A DNA stretch of 64,000 bases, from positions 16,169,528 through 16,233,527 of the forward strand of contig CM119268.1 of assembly GCA_051294375.1 (NCBI GenBank), in the 5' to 3' direction. Each line of letters opens with the position of its first letter. Position 1 is the first letter of the stretch. This stretch comes from Paraspadella gotoi (taxonomy: Eukaryota; Animalia; Chaetognatha). This document shows positions 14,131 to 27,416 of this stretch, one piece after another. The translations under genes were made by a program, and so were the position numbers. The notes beneath the pieces were generated by a model, which was given only the letters and a program-made list of their open reading frames with translations, made no database searches and was not told the origin of the DNA.

Positions 14131-14724
14131 GAATATCAAGCGTTTACGACATTCACATTCACAATTTTAAGCCGGGGCGAAGGTCGTTTCGATATCTTCC
14201 TCTCAAAGCCCAGTTTCGTGTAAGCGCTTTTGCCTAATTTTAGCCCCCAGCCGTTCATGCACAAAGTTCTTAAAGGCTCAATATCCCTCTGCACCCTGTT
14301 CTTCGCCAAGTATCCTTCGAGAACCCAACTTGCTGAAAGAGCACCGTCGCACTTAACTGCGCCCAAGTTTCTCGTATTCAGTGCAGTCAAGCGTTTACCT
14401 TTTGTTTAGAAAGAGATTCAAACTTGTACCGGGCTGAAGAATCCACCTTTGTATTATATTAAATTGTACTGAAACTTGTTACTTTTTATGTTGTATATTT
14501 GTTCATGTTTTACCTTTAATCTTTTCGGTGACCATTTGGAATCCGGAACAGTTGATCGTAGGCCCGTGATAAAGCGTCACCGCAACTAATTAAAATAAAA
14601 AGTTCACGTGATTAGACACTTATAAAACGAAAAATGCACTCATAGTGAAGGTCCTAAGGCTAAAGGTTCTAAAACAATTTATATATCATCAATATAGCAT
14701 TAATCAATAATCGTTTTCTTAGTA

Positions 14725-14758
<34 letters not shown>

Positions 14759-14898
14759 NNNNNNNNNNNNNNNNNNNNNNNNNNNNNNNNNNNNNNNNNN
14801 NNNNNNNNNNNNNNNNNNNNNNNNNNNNNNNNNNNNNNNNNNNNNNNNNNNNNNNNNNNNNNNNNNNNNNNNNNNNNNNNNNNNNNNNNNNNNNNNNN

Positions 14899-15087
14899 CG
14901 AGCCTGCATCATCCCTCTTCGCTCGTTTTCTCTGGAAAAAAATTGCTCTCGGCCAGATCAGCGAGATCCGGTGGGGCGATGAGCCACGCCCTCTTAGCGG
15001 GGAAAAGTATCCTTGGCGCCGTTTTTGATTCACCCTTTTGCCACCTCACTACTCTTTGCTTCTTTGGCACAGGATGAGGTTCAGTCG
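14899..15087 (-). CDS. Ig exon with indels, truncated by a gap
   Basis: Acceptor aattCAG. TEPHPVPK / VVRWQKGE / AIFFQRKRAKRDDAGS (P.P...W.KG and DaG.Y motifs). Confidence 0.5.
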
Positions 15088-15914
15088 CTGAATTTATCGC
15101 TTTATCCCATCCGTTAATGTATTATTAATACTTTTCGTTATTATTTATTCATGTATCAAGTCATATTTTATTTATTAATCTTTTTTTTTTAAATTTAATT
15201 CATTTATTTTATAGTCATTTATTTCATATCAAATCGCCAACAAGCATTTTTTTTGATAAATTATTTTTTGACCGCGCTTGTTTTTCTCTTAGTTTCTCAT
15301 AATTATATGTCATGCTTTAATCATAATAATTCCGCTTGCCCCCACATCACATTTCTACCTAATAATATTATATTATATTATATTATAATGTTGTTCAGTT
15401 TTTTTTCCCTCTATTCTAATGCGTAATATTCATCACAATCAACCATTATCTAAAATTTAACGAAACAAGTAATAATAAAATCGTTGTAACAATTCAAATT
15501 TCCTTTAAATCTCTATACAACAACGAAAAGAAAGGATATACCATGGAACGAAACAAGTAAAAACACTATATATAAGCTTGACCTGGAATTATACCTGAAA
15601 ACAAACTTTGACATCTTTCCACCGAGACCGTAGAAAGATTGAAACATCACTTCCCATCACTATTTTTCACCCCTACCACTCCGACCACCCCGACCACCCC
15701 GACCGCTTCTGACCCAGTCAGGGCCTTTTTTTCCCCCGACAGAGGTGGAAATCAATCATCCCACGAAGCGTCTCCCTTTTTTTTAGTGGGGAGAGGGGAG
15801 TGTAGGGTGGAGAGGAGAGAGGGGTGTAACGCGGCGGGTTGAACGGCGTTGTTAGGGTCAGAGGATCGCCCCCCTTCCTCCTAGTTTCCTCCCTTTTCCT
15901 TATCCCCCACTCCG

Positions 15915-16023
15915 AACCGGAAACGTGGCGTTCCGGCGACGGGAGGCCGAAACGCCCCGCGCATGCGCAACAACTTTCCCTCTTTCAGCTTCGTTCAGGG
16001 TTTTGGAGGCGAGAGGGTAAGTT
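15915..16023 (+). promoter_or_regulatory. Candidate CpG-rich promoter (ETS and NRF1 motifs) with a first-exon donor
   Basis: CCGGAA 15917-15922, TTCCGG 15931-15936, GCGCATGCGC 15959-15968, pyrimidine-rich Inr-like stretch at about 15980-15990, GG|GTAAGT donor at 16017. Confidence 0.4.
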
Positions 16024-17330
16024 TGTTGCGGGTAGCGGTAGTAAGACGAGAAAGAAAACTGCGGAGGTTTGTCGACCGTGGGACTTGGGGGGAAAGTCCC
16101 GCGAGGGAAAAAAAACGCTTAGATTTTGGGTTAAAGTGGATAACGACTGATTAAGTTGCAATATCCGCCGATTTTAGTTTCTTTTATTGCTCAACTTTCC
16201 ATTTATCAGTACTAAAAAAAACAATAACATGAATTGAAATTCTGGAAGCACTTGTTGCGCTCACAAAATAATGTTATTGCAGAGGAATTTATGTCAGCGA
16301 TGAAGATATCAGTTGCAGATAGGTTATTAAGAGGGATATCATTGAGAGATATTATTATATTATATTATATTATATTATATTATATATTATATTATATTAT
16401 ATATTATATTATATATATTATATATATATATTATATTATATTATATCATATATTAAGATATTATTAAGAGAGATATTATATTAAGAAAGTTATTATTCGA
16501 GAGATAGAAAGGATACGATATTTGATAAAAGATTGAAAGAATTCAAAGAGAAGTTGATCGGATGTTTCAACGAACTTTAAAGAATCTGAGAGAAAAAAAA
16601 ANNNNNNNNNNNNNNNNNNNNNNNNNNNNNNNNNNNNNNNNNNNNNNNNNNNNNNNNNNNNNNNNNNNNNNNNNNNNNNNNNNNNNNNNNNNNNNNNNNN
16701 NNNNNNNNNNNNNNNNNNNNNNNNNNNNNNNNNNNNNNNNNNNNNNNNNNNNNNNNNNNNNNNNNNNNNNNNNNNNNNNNNNNNNNNNNNNNNNNNNNNN
16801 NNNNNNNNNNNNNNNNNNNNNNNNNNNNNNNNNNNNNNNNNNNNNNNNNNNNNNNNNNNNNNNNNNNNNNNNNNNNNNNNNNNNNNNNNNNNNNNNNNNN
16901 NNNNNNNNNNNNNNNNNNNNNNNNNNNNNNNNNNNNNNNNNNNNNNNNNNNNNNNNNNNNNNNNNNNNNNNNNNNNNNNNNNNNNNNNNNNNNNNNNNNN
17001 NNNNNNNNNNNNNNNNNNNNNNNNNNNNNNNNNNNNNNNNNNNNNNNNNNNNNNNNNNNNNNNNNNNNNNNNNNNNNNNNNNNNNNNNNNNNNNNNNNNN
17101 NNNNNNNNNNNNNNNNNNNNNNNNNNNNNNNNNNNNNNNNNNNNNNNNNNNNNNNNNNNNNNNNNNNNNNNNNNNNNNNNNNNNNNNNNNNNNNNNNNNN
17201 NNNNNNNNNNNNNNNNNNNNNNNNNNNNNNNNNNNNNNNNNNNNNNNNNNNNNNNNNNNNNNNNNNNNNNNNNNNNNNNNNNNNNNNNNNNNNNNNNNNN
17301 NNNNNNNNNNNNNNNNNNNNNNNNNNNNNN

Positions 17331-17851
17331 GATGGTCGCGAAACATCCGGACGGCACACAAATGTTTATAGATAAGTTCTTAGATGTAACGTTTGGGAGA
17401 AACCATTTCACACAGCTCCTAATGTGGTGGCTCACTGACGAAATCTCGTGACCATAAAGTTTCAGGTTTAATCACAGCCAGAAGCGGGAAGCGTGAGGAC
17501 GCTCGTTACCCGCCGATAGGCCAAGCAAGCTTCGTTCTAAACCCAAGACTAATTTATTTGCTTGCAAAGGAGGCTGAAAAAGATACGGTTAGTCGTCATC
17601 AGATTGATTGGCTCATAGAATAAAATTTCTGGTGTCATTGGGATTCAAAGAAGTAAATCTCTCTTTTTCTGGGATGAAAGAGGCAAAGATGGCGTTGGTT
17701 GCACCGTTGCAGACATATAGAGCGCTCTCTAGCGGGATTTAAAAGAATGGCGTGTATCGGGTCAGAGCCTCGCTACAGTCGTCGGACAAACATCGATTAA
17801 CGTCCTTAACCACATTATCTTCGGGTGCGAGGGGGCGTGGAAAACCCTTGG
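17331..17851 (-). CDS. Ig (I-set-like) coding block with indels, possibly two exons
   Basis: Acceptor ctcctcacgTAG. KGFPRP, then PKIMWLR in the adjacent frame and ESALYVCNGATN (GfP.P.i.W and DsG.Y.C.AtN motifs). Further open frames run to the gap. Confidence 0.6.
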
Positions 17852-18638
17852 CTACGTGAGGAGGAGGAGCAGAAGGAGGAGAAGAGGAGGAAAATAAAAA
17901 AGGAATTGGGGCCGAAGGAGGAAAGAAAATGGGAGGAAGGGGAAGAGGAGCTCTCTTTTTCTCGTTTAACTGTTTTTCGCTTTCTTCTCCGGTTCTTTTA
18001 TCTCGATCTTCCCTAGGTCATCCGTTTCTCCTTCGCTCTTTANNNNNNNNNNNNNNNNNNNNNNNNNNNNNNNNNNNNNNNNNNNNNNNNNNNNNNNNNN
18101 NNNNNNNNNNNNNNNNNNNNNNNNNNNNNNNNNNNNNNNNNNNNNNNNNNNNNNNNNNNNNNNNNNNNNNNNNNNNNNNNNNNNNNNNNNNNNNNNNNNN
18201 NNNNNNNNNNNNNNNNNNNNNNNNNNNNNNNNNNNNNNNNNNNNNNNNNNNNNNNNNNNNNNNNNNNNNNNNNNNNNNNNNNNNNNNNNNNNNNNNNNNN
18301 NNNNNNNNNNNNNNNNNNNNNNNNNNNNNNNNNNNNNNNNNNNNNNNNNNNNNNNNNNNNNNNNNNNNNNNNNNNNNNNNNNNNNNNNNNNNNNNNNNNN
18401 NNNNNNNNNNNNNNNNNNNNNNNNNNNNNNNNNNNNNNNNNNNNNNNNNNNNNNNNNNNNNNNNNNNCCCGCCATTTTTTTCATCACTTCTCGCTCCCGA
18501 CGCAATATTTTTCTTTGGTTTTCTTTTGCCGCTGAATGATTTACTCGCGTCTCGATAAATTTCCTTCGAGGTTGAGACGAGAAGAGAGAAGGAAGAAGCC
18601 GATAGACGCAACATAACTCTGCTCGGCGAGTCGAGTCG

Positions 18639-18736
18639 AGGCGGCGGAGGCGGCGGAGGCGGCGGAGGCGGCGAAGGCGGCGGAGGCGGCGGAGGCGGCG
18701 GAGGCGGCGGAGGCGGCGGAGGCGGCGTGGCGGAGG
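18639..18736. repeat. (GAGGCGGCG)n 9-bp tandem repeat
   Basis: About 10 near-perfect GC-rich units. Confidence 0.95.
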
Positions 18737-19703
18737 CCCTTGTTTTTCAACACCATCGTCGCTTCATAAATTTCGGGAGGAGGAAGGGAGGAAGAGGAAT
18801 AGAGGGAGGGAGGATGGCGGTGACAGAGTGAGAAAAGGATTGTGATGGATAAATTGAAGACGACATTTATGACGACAAGATGACAAAGATGTCGCTGATG
18901 ACAATAGGATGCCAGCGATAACGACGACCATATTATTGACTACACTTAGGCAAGTTGAAATGACGGCTGATAGAAAGATAGAAATGAAAACAATGACTCA
19001 ATGTTGACGGCGATGACGACAACGACGACGATAAAGACAGCAAGGCGACAACAATAAACAATTCGATGACAACGACGACGACAGTGAGGAGACAACTGCG
19101 TCGTACAACTATTACCGTGACTACAGCCACAAACAACGCGGTAAACAAATGTTTATGCTTTCTCTTCTCTCGTATCTTTATCGTTCTCGCGCTCGGTCGG
19201 CCTGTCCGTCTAAGCCAACGACGACTCTAAGGGAAACCGAAAAAAAAAAGGTTTTGACGATATCCATAACGACTCGAGAACGCGGCAATTTCGATATAAA
19301 CAAAACAATGTCAACGACCGGACTCAAAGAACAACCGAAAACCTCGCTCTGTTTTTTTTTCAATCCCCGAAACAGCCGAAACACCTTATCTCGCCTTTTC
19401 TGTCAACTATCCACACTTGTACCTTACTCGCCTCTAACTTACCCATCCAGAATCCTCCAAAATCGTTAAGAATCATCCGGAATTCTCCTTACCTCCAATC
19501 TCTATATGTACTTCCAGGGTTATTTTTTTATCACCCGTTTTGTCCCTCCCCCCAAACTTGTCCACACCTAAACAACACACACAATAAAAAATGGCCACCC
19601 ATCCACCCGCCACTCAGCCAGTCACGTTCACCGAGGGCATATCCCCAAGCTCACATCAAACCAACACCCCAGTCTACCGCAGAGAACCCCCGAGTTTCCT
19701 CGT

Positions 19704-19830
19704 TTAGAACAAGCCAGCGACTTTGGAATAATGGGGGTCGCGGGGTTCGATCCCATTCCACGTCGTTGTCGTCGTCCTCGTCGTCGTCGCTGTCGTCGTC
19801 GTCGACCCGTCGTCTCCCCCAGCCTCAAAT
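19704..19830 (-). CDS. Candidate terminal cytoplasmic exon
   Basis: GC-rich block; frame FEAGGDDGSTTT...EPRDPHYSKVAGLF-stop. Other frames are also open. Confidence 0.2.
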
Positions 19831-21628
19831 CTGATCCGATTATGACGACAGATTGAAAAGGATGGCGTCCCGTCGTCTCGAGAGGAGAAAGGGGAGGTAA
19901 AATTGGGTGGTTGGGGTGCAAGGAAGGGGTCAACGAGGTGTTAGAATTGGATTGAAGAATTAGGGGGAAAAGGTGAAAAATTGGGTGGTCGAAGAATATT
20001 TGGGTGTAAGGGGGTTTGAAATGTACAAAGTAAGTACATAGTGGAGTGTGAATTGATGATTGGGGCGTGAGAGAGAAATGCGTGGTCGTTAGAGGGAGCG
20101 AAACTGTGATTGGGTTTGAGTAAATGAAAATAGCAATGAGGGGAGGCAACGAATTCTTGCAGATTCGAGATTCGATGGAAACAATGATTCAATTTTTCGA
20201 CGCCGACTGGCATGATGTATAATTTTGGCGTTGGAAGCATTTCCTTTTTTTTTTAAACAGACGTCTAGGGCGTCGGCGCTGGAGATGGCGTTAGTTTGAG
20301 ACTCCAAGAGGATGACGTTGGTTTTTAAATTTGGCGACGTCATTAAGTAGAAACAATGGTGTGTCAAATTAGGTCATTACATTTACATTGTCTTGAANNN
20401 NNNNNNNNNNNNNNNNNNNNNNNNNNNNNNNNNNNNNNNNNNNNNNNNNNNNNNNNNNNNNNNNNNNNNNNNNNNNNNNNNNNNNNNNNNNNNNNNNNNN
20501 NNNNNNNNNNNNNNNNNNNNNNNNNNNNNNNNNNNNNNNNNNNNNNNNNNNNNNNNNNNNNNNNNNNNNNNNNNNNNNNNNNNNNNNNNNNNNNNNNNNN
20601 NNNNNNNNNNNNNNNNNNNNNNNNNNNNNNNNNNNNNNNNNNNNNNNNNNNNNNNNNNNNNNNNNNNNNNNNNNNNNNNNNNNNNNNNNNNNNNNNNNNN
20701 NNNNNNNNNNNNNNNNNNNNNNNNNNNNNNNNNNNNNNNNNNNNNNNNNNNNNNNNNNNNNNNNNNNNNNNNNNNNNNNNNNNNNNNNNNNNNNNNNNNN
20801 NNNNNNNNNNNNNNNNNNNNNNNNNNNNNNNNNNNNNNNNNNNNNNNNNNNNNNNNNNNNNNNNNNNNNNNNNNNNNNNNNNNNNNNNNNNNNNNNNNNN
20901 NNNNNNNNNNNNNNNNNNNNNNNNNNNNNNNNNNNNNNNNNNNNNNNNNNNNNNNNNNNNNNNNNNNNNNNNNNNNNNNNNNNNNNNNNNNNNNNNNNNN
21001 NNNNNNNNNNNNNNNNNNNNNNNNNNNNNNNNNNNNNNNNNNNNNNNNNNNNNNNAGAGAGAGAGACGATAGATCGTTCGCAAACCGACGTCGAGGTTCT
21101 TATCGTTTTTAAAGGGGAAAAGTTTGTTTTTGTTGACAAACTGTGGAAGCCGAGAACGTCTTTCAATTGCCTTCAGTAAATATGGCGACGGAGGAAAAAA
21201 AACGATAAACCAAAACCAAAGATCGAGTCACGTGATGAGTCAAAAAACAATTTAATATGAAAGATTAGTTTTTTAAATAAATTTTTTTCTCTAATTTTTA
21301 AATAACTTTAGTTATTTTCGTATTGGCCCAACGTGTAGTCTGTGGCGCTTTGTACGTATGATTTTATCCAGAATTGTTAAATTTTATTGTCTGAAACTTG
21401 TCTTTTCCTTTTTACTCCACCGCCTTTTCAGTTTTCACTTCAATCTGTTTCCTTTCGTGAAATATTCTTCCTTTGTTTCTGTTTGCGTTGTTTTTTTTTC
21501 CCTTTGACTGAAACTGTTTTTGGTCAGAAAAAAAATAGGGAAAAGACGCCAGGTGAAGACGAATTGTGCCTTTCTCCGAAAAGACGAGGAAAAAAGATTA
21601 ATGGAGAGATTATTAATGACGGACCGGT

Positions 21629-21630
21629 GA

Positions 21631-21694
<64 letters not shown>

Positions 21695-21801
21695 ATGATA
21701 GAAAGAAAGAAAGAAAGAAAGAAACAAAAAAAGAAACAAAGAAACAAAGAAACAAAGAAACAAAGATAAAAGATAGAAAAAAGAATCAAAGAAAGAAAAA
21801 G

Positions 21802-21883
<82 letters not shown>
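21629..21883. repeat. (AAAG)n microsatellite cluster
   Basis: Two long GAAA tracts with a degenerate spacer. Confidence 0.95.
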
Positions 21884-21884
<1 letters not shown>

Positions 21885-22228
21885 GAGAAATAAAAAATGA
21901 AAAAGAAAGGAAATGAAAGTAAAAGAAAGAGAACAGAATGAAAAAAAAAAACATGCAGAGTAATAGACAATCATCGTGAAAAAAAGTCAATAATATAAAT
22001 ACCACATAGACATACCAAATAGACATACCATTCTCCTACATCAAAAATATTTCCGTCTGAAACCTGATTTCTTTCTCTACAGTTTTTACTGTCCTTCCCC
22101 TTCTTATCTCTCTCATCTTTTCTTTTCCACGTTGCAGTAAAAATTTTATCATTTTACTACTTTCATTTAAACAATGAAAAAAAAGTAAAAACTTAGGAAG
22201 AAGGAAAAACAAGAGATAAGAAAAAAAA

Positions 22229-22268
<40 letters not shown>

Positions 22269-22489
22269 AAAAAAGAAAAGAAAGAAAGATAAATAGAAAG
22301 TTAATGTGATAATTGGAAAGAAAAAATGGTGAGAAAGAAAAAGGTTCAACCGGAAGAAGAAGAGACAAAACGAAGAAAAAAGTCATTTGGTTGAATGGAG
22401 GTCGAGCAAGGGTCAAGCTGCGAAGAGAAATCGAGGGTTCCAGGGTCAAACTATGACCCCGGAAGGGTCAAGTGGGATCGGGGGGGATG

Positions 22490-22550
<61 letters not shown>

Positions 22551-22569
22551 GAGAGAGAGACGACAAAAC

Positions 22570-22783
22570 CGCCGAGAGCTCGGAAGGCTCGGGAAGGCTT
22601 GCTTGTCGGACCTCCCGAAGGTCGAACGGCACGGTTAAGAGGTGAGGGCGAACGGGCTGAACTTTTTTGGGACATCGACAAGACTTCGAGCCTTTTATGG
22701 CGACGACGACGAAGATGATGACGACGACAAAAGGGACGACGATGACGGCGTTGGCGCCCACAACGCCACCGAGAGAGGTCAAT
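22570..22783 (-). CDS. Candidate transmembrane plus juxtamembrane exon
   Basis: Acceptor tttttAG. LTSLGGVVGANAVIVVPFVVVIIFVVVAIKGSKSCRCPKK is hydrophobic then basic/Cys; the valine run may come partly from (GTC)n repeats. Confidence 0.4.
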
Positions 22784-23157
22784 CTAAAAATAGTAGCTAA
22801 TGATTTAAAAAAAAAAGATTATCATTCATACAAAGTTCCATAAAGAAGGCGCTGAAAGTTTACGGGCGTTCATCGATCTTTGTCGAACCAATCTAAACCA
22901 TTTAACCCATATGCTTGACCCCTTTTTAATTGTTTTTATTAACAATTATCGTGAAATGTAAAGCTCAAGTTAATTTTATTTTAATCATTCCACAATCAGC
23001 TCTCAAGTATTTTCACAGAAGAAATGCAGCGATGGCGAGCGACGCCTCAATGATCGAATTCTATCTCTCGCCGCCAATAAACCTTTTTACCCTATGCAAA
23101 CTATTCTAGCGACTTATATGGGCTAATTGGACCTATGTAGGCCATCACCTTTTTCCT

Positions 23158-23204
<47 letters not shown>

Positions 23205-25201
23205 AGAGAGAAGAGAGAGAGAGGGACGAGAAGAGAGAGAGAGGCAAGCGATTTATCTTTCATGGTTAAAAGTCTGAGGAGACTCGAGACTCGTTCGGCT
23301 TTTCTTTGGGGGGGAGAGAGTAAGGGTGTGAGTGAAAGATTTGATGGCATCAACTTTAACTTTCCCGCCGCCCCCTTGATAATCTCACCTAATTACGATC
23401 CGCGCGGTTAAAAAAAAAAACCTCTCTCCGCGGGTCGCGCCTTATTAACTCGCGTTTCCCTCCCCCCCCCAAAAAAAAAGGGGGGGAAGCGCGTGAGAAA
23501 ACGAAAACGGGCGACGAATCCGATAAACATTGGAACGTCAACAAAACTCGTTGCTATTTTGTTGAATTCTTGTCCAGATCATTTATTATTCAATCTCCCA
23601 CAAACCGAATCTCTATCAAGTTTCTGAGACTTTCTAGCAGAAAAAAAGATGGAGGTTGAAAGAGAAAAAAAAGTATAAGGGAAATCACTCTCGATTTATT
23701 GAATATAAAAACAGTTGAACAAGTAAAACAAGTTAATCATTTTTTTTTAAATGGTCCTTACTTTGACTCAAATCACCGCCTCATCAACACCTTTCCATTT
23801 TTCGTCGCCCATTCGACTCTCTCGCTCTCCCCTCCCTCTTTGCCTCACCCACACCACCGCGCATCCATCACCTCACCCCGCTAAGCGTCCCCGTCCCGAC
23901 GAAGATTGTCGCCGAGGTCATTTCCCCCCGAGTTTCAATTCCGAGGACGACGTTTTATGATGATTAAGAACTCACCTCTTTCCCTTAAAACGCAGCCTTA
24001 CCCTCCCTATAACTTCACCTTTTTTTTTTTTACTTTCGCGGCTGCTTAATAATGGCAGATCGGATCTATAATTCACTATAGCCATTAAGAATATAATATC
24101 TATACATCCATCTATTGTCTCTCTCTCCTTCCGTTCGTTAGTTAATCCCACTGTTAACTACGGCATACTGTATTTAATTGTAATAAAATTTATTAACTAG
24201 TTTTTAAATTTAGGGACTGGAATCAGAATCAGAACCACGTCACAAATCAAAATCATGTTGAACATCATATTATATTGTTGATCGAAAGTTCTCTGATTGG
24301 CTTTTAAATGATTGCGAGTGGCAGCGACATCCTTTGCTCAAACTTGTTTGTCTCCCGAGACTAAATCCCGAAAAAAAACTCTTATACTAGCACAGGTCTT
24401 TATCCCTTTCCCTTATGCCCTTTTTCTCTTTTTTTCTCTTTTTTTATATATATTTCTTTTCTCCTTCCTTTCACATTTTGTCACTTTATGACCCGTGTAT
24501 TTTGCGAAGAGGAGAATAGCTTTCATTCCTTTATTGCGAGATGGATTCTCTTTCTAAGAGTCACAGAAAACTTCAAGATAGAATAAAACTATTGTTGTCG
24601 ATTTTTTTTTAATACTAAGTTCTTTTTCACTAAAATAAATTTTAGGAAATTCTATTTTTTATCAGTAAATTAAGGATGGTTTAATAAAATTAATAACCTG
24701 GAGTAGGAATTATTTTTAGTCATTATATGCATAAATTTCGTTAAGAAAGTCACCGTCTTACATTCAGAATACTTTTATAGGCAATAAAATATTATTCTTT
24801 TTACTTGAAAAAAGGACATATTCATCATATTCATTTCCCTGCTATCCAAAGAAAGGGAATTACATATCATTTTTACGATGCACGAACAAAAAAAAGGTGG
24901 CTTTTCAGTTGCCCCTAACAGAAGCGCCCTTCAGTTCCCCATCAGAAAGGCGCCTAAAAGTTTCTTCCAAATTATCTTTGTTCGTGGAACTAATTAAAAA
25001 GAACATAAAGGAAGAAGCAATTTTTTTGGCTCGGGGTGGGATGAGCGGAGCAGACTCAAAATGGACGCTCACGACTATAGTAAAAGGGAAAGAATTTCGT
25101 TGGACACTCAGAGACATGATGGATGTTTAAAACATTGCCTTTCTTTACTACATTGCATATCAAACTATAGTTTTTGACAACAAGACAAAAGCTTGACTCA
25201 C

Positions 25202-25298
25202 TGCGCAACTTTGGGGAATACCTTAATTTCCCCCACAAAAACCATTTTTAGAGGTGAAGTGAGACCGGGATTGGCCAATAAAAAAGTTGCTTTCATTT
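25202..25298 (-). CDS. Candidate bridging exon
   Basis: Donor GTGAGT. Frame MKATFLLANPGLTSPLKMVFVGEIKVFPKVA is phase 1 in and phase 2 out, linking exons 26124 and 22783, but the acceptor lacks a pyrimidine tract. Confidence 0.3.
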
Positions 25299-26123
25299 CT
25301 GCCTCTCTCATCTCTCTCTCTCTCTCGTCTCTCTCTCTCTCTCACTCCTCCTTTCCCTCCTCTCTCTCTCTCTCCTCCTCTCCTCTCTTCTCTGTCACAC
25401 TCTTCTCTCTGTCCCTCTTTCCTTTCTATTTTTTCCTTTCATGGAAACATTAGAGGGGAAAAGAATGAAGGAAGATGAGGTCTTGCAACCTCGGCTAACC
25501 TTTCCTTCCTCATAAAGTGTGACGAAGGGACTGATTTTCTTTTCTCTTCAACATTTTTTCTTGTTTGATAAAAAAAAGAAGAAATTAATGATACTTTTGG
25601 CTTGAGCCTGAAATAAAAGGCAAGCTGTATTATCAACCACGTGGCAGTTTTTATAAATTTAATTAGATAACAAACAAGAGATATTTAACTAAGTTTGGAA
25701 AGGAAAATGTGAAAAATAAATAATTATATTAGAGAATTATAGCAAATCTTAATGCTTGTGAAATTGAAATGCTTGAGGCGAAAAAAAAAAAAAATTCTCC
25801 GAGAAAAAAAGTGACTCTGAAGTATGAAGAACAGATCGACAATCGATTTGCTTCATCGCGAGTTTTTTTTTTATTTTTACAAGAAAATGAACTCCAATCG
25901 TTTGGTTACAAAGATTAATTTAATGGATTATTTAATAGGAGCAAAACAAGTAGTCTCATATTATTAAAAAGAAGTAGTTTCATATTATTAAAAAATATTG
26001 CCATAGAAAAGGACGCGTTAATCGTTAGAAATCCGAATCACTTCCTCTCTTGCCTTTTTGTTTCTAAACAGTTTTAATCCCACTTGGTTGATGACATCCA
26101 CCATTCGCCACTATTTGACTCAC

Positions 26124-26271
26124 CCGCTTTGTTGGCCATGGTGTGTTCTCCGATGGCCTGGATTGTGACCAGAGTTGTGGGACTCAATACAGAGAAGAAT
26201 ATCTTAGGAATCGGGATCCGGATGTGAATCCCGGAGTCGATTTTGCGGACTGACACGCCCCTTTGGAGAAT
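26124..26271 (-). CDS. Extracellular exon of the IgSF receptor
   Basis: Strong acceptor ccctctccgttcCAG and donor G|GTGAGT. Only one open frame: ILQRGVSVRKIDSGIHIRIPIPKIFFSVLSPTTLVTIQAIGEHTMANKA. Confidence 0.7.
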
Positions 26272-26681
26272 CTGGAACGGAGAGGGGGGAAGGAGGGGTG
26301 AAAGGGGGGCGTGAGGGGGGGGACAGTGAAGTGGATTGAATCGGAAACGAAAATCGATCAACGATTCTTTCTTATCCACGATTTTCACTTTTGTATATTT
26401 TCATTTCCGGGAAATCTCGTTCGAGAAAAGAGACAATATACTGTGGAGTTTAATTTAGTCTCTGTTCATACTAAAAAGCCAAATTGTAGTTTTTTTCCCT
26501 TTCTTTTTTTTTTGTCACTAACGAGAGTTTTGTTACAGTTTGTGGAGGCGAATTCTTCTCTCAATCTTCATGCTTAAAGAAATTAATTTGTGTTGTTTAT
26601 TAAATGTTTAATTTTGTATACAGAAAAGATTGAGGAAGTAAAATGGGAGGGAGAAGAGGAGAGAGAGAGAGGAGAGAGAAG

Positions 26682-26715
<34 letters not shown>

Positions 26716-27177
26716 CTAAGAGTAGAGGAGATATGAGGTGAAAGAGAGAGGAGAAATAAAGAATTTCGACTAGGGAAATCTTTTTTTGCCCCGCCCCCCT
26801 TGATTAATTTTCCCCTTCCCTTCTCTTTCGGCGAATATGATATTATCGCAATAATTTTCGTGGGTTCTTTTCGGAACCTGATTTGTTGTGTCATAGCTAT
26901 CTCGTCGCTTCGTGAAAATTGGCATGGCGAAACGTATCATTTTATCAAAAAAATATGCACGCCTCGGGATGGGGCCGAGAGAGTAGAGAAAAGTGAGAAG
27001 AGAGAGAGAGAAGAGAGGAGAAGAGAGAGAGAGAGAAGAGAGACGATGAGAATGAGACGAGAAGAGAGAAGAGAGAGAGAGTTACAATTTCATTAGCACC
27101 CTTTTTATTTAGGATTTCTTATTTCTACGCGACTTAATAAAAAAAGGCCGGAGGGCAGACGGAAAGCAGACATTTAC

Positions 27178-27292
27178 GTTTCGACGCGGAGAGTGGAACA
27201 GGTTCAATAAGTAAATCAAGGTCATGTATGAGGTGCGCAGTCTGACGCAGTATGCAAATCCGTGAGAGAAAGACTTGATTATGTTTTTGAAT
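27178..27292 (-). CDS. FN3 exon (C-terminal half)
   Basis: Acceptor aaatctCAG, donor GTAAAT. FKNIIKSFSHGFAYCVRLRTSYMTL...; phase 2 in and phase 0 out match both neighbouring exons. Confidence 0.55.
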
Positions 27293-27416
27293 CTGAGATT
27301 TGGATTAACGAAAAATACTTTACAACACATCCTAACTAAATTTGCAAAGATACGCGAGGAGGGAAATTTATACTTTTTTTTTGGTTATTTATCGTATTAT
27401 GTGCCATTAGACTCAC

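Noticed and set aside
23449-23497. GC hairpin resembling a terminator or Helitron end
   Set aside because: Made largely of C/A/G homopolymers, imperfect, and lacks an adjacent CTAG.
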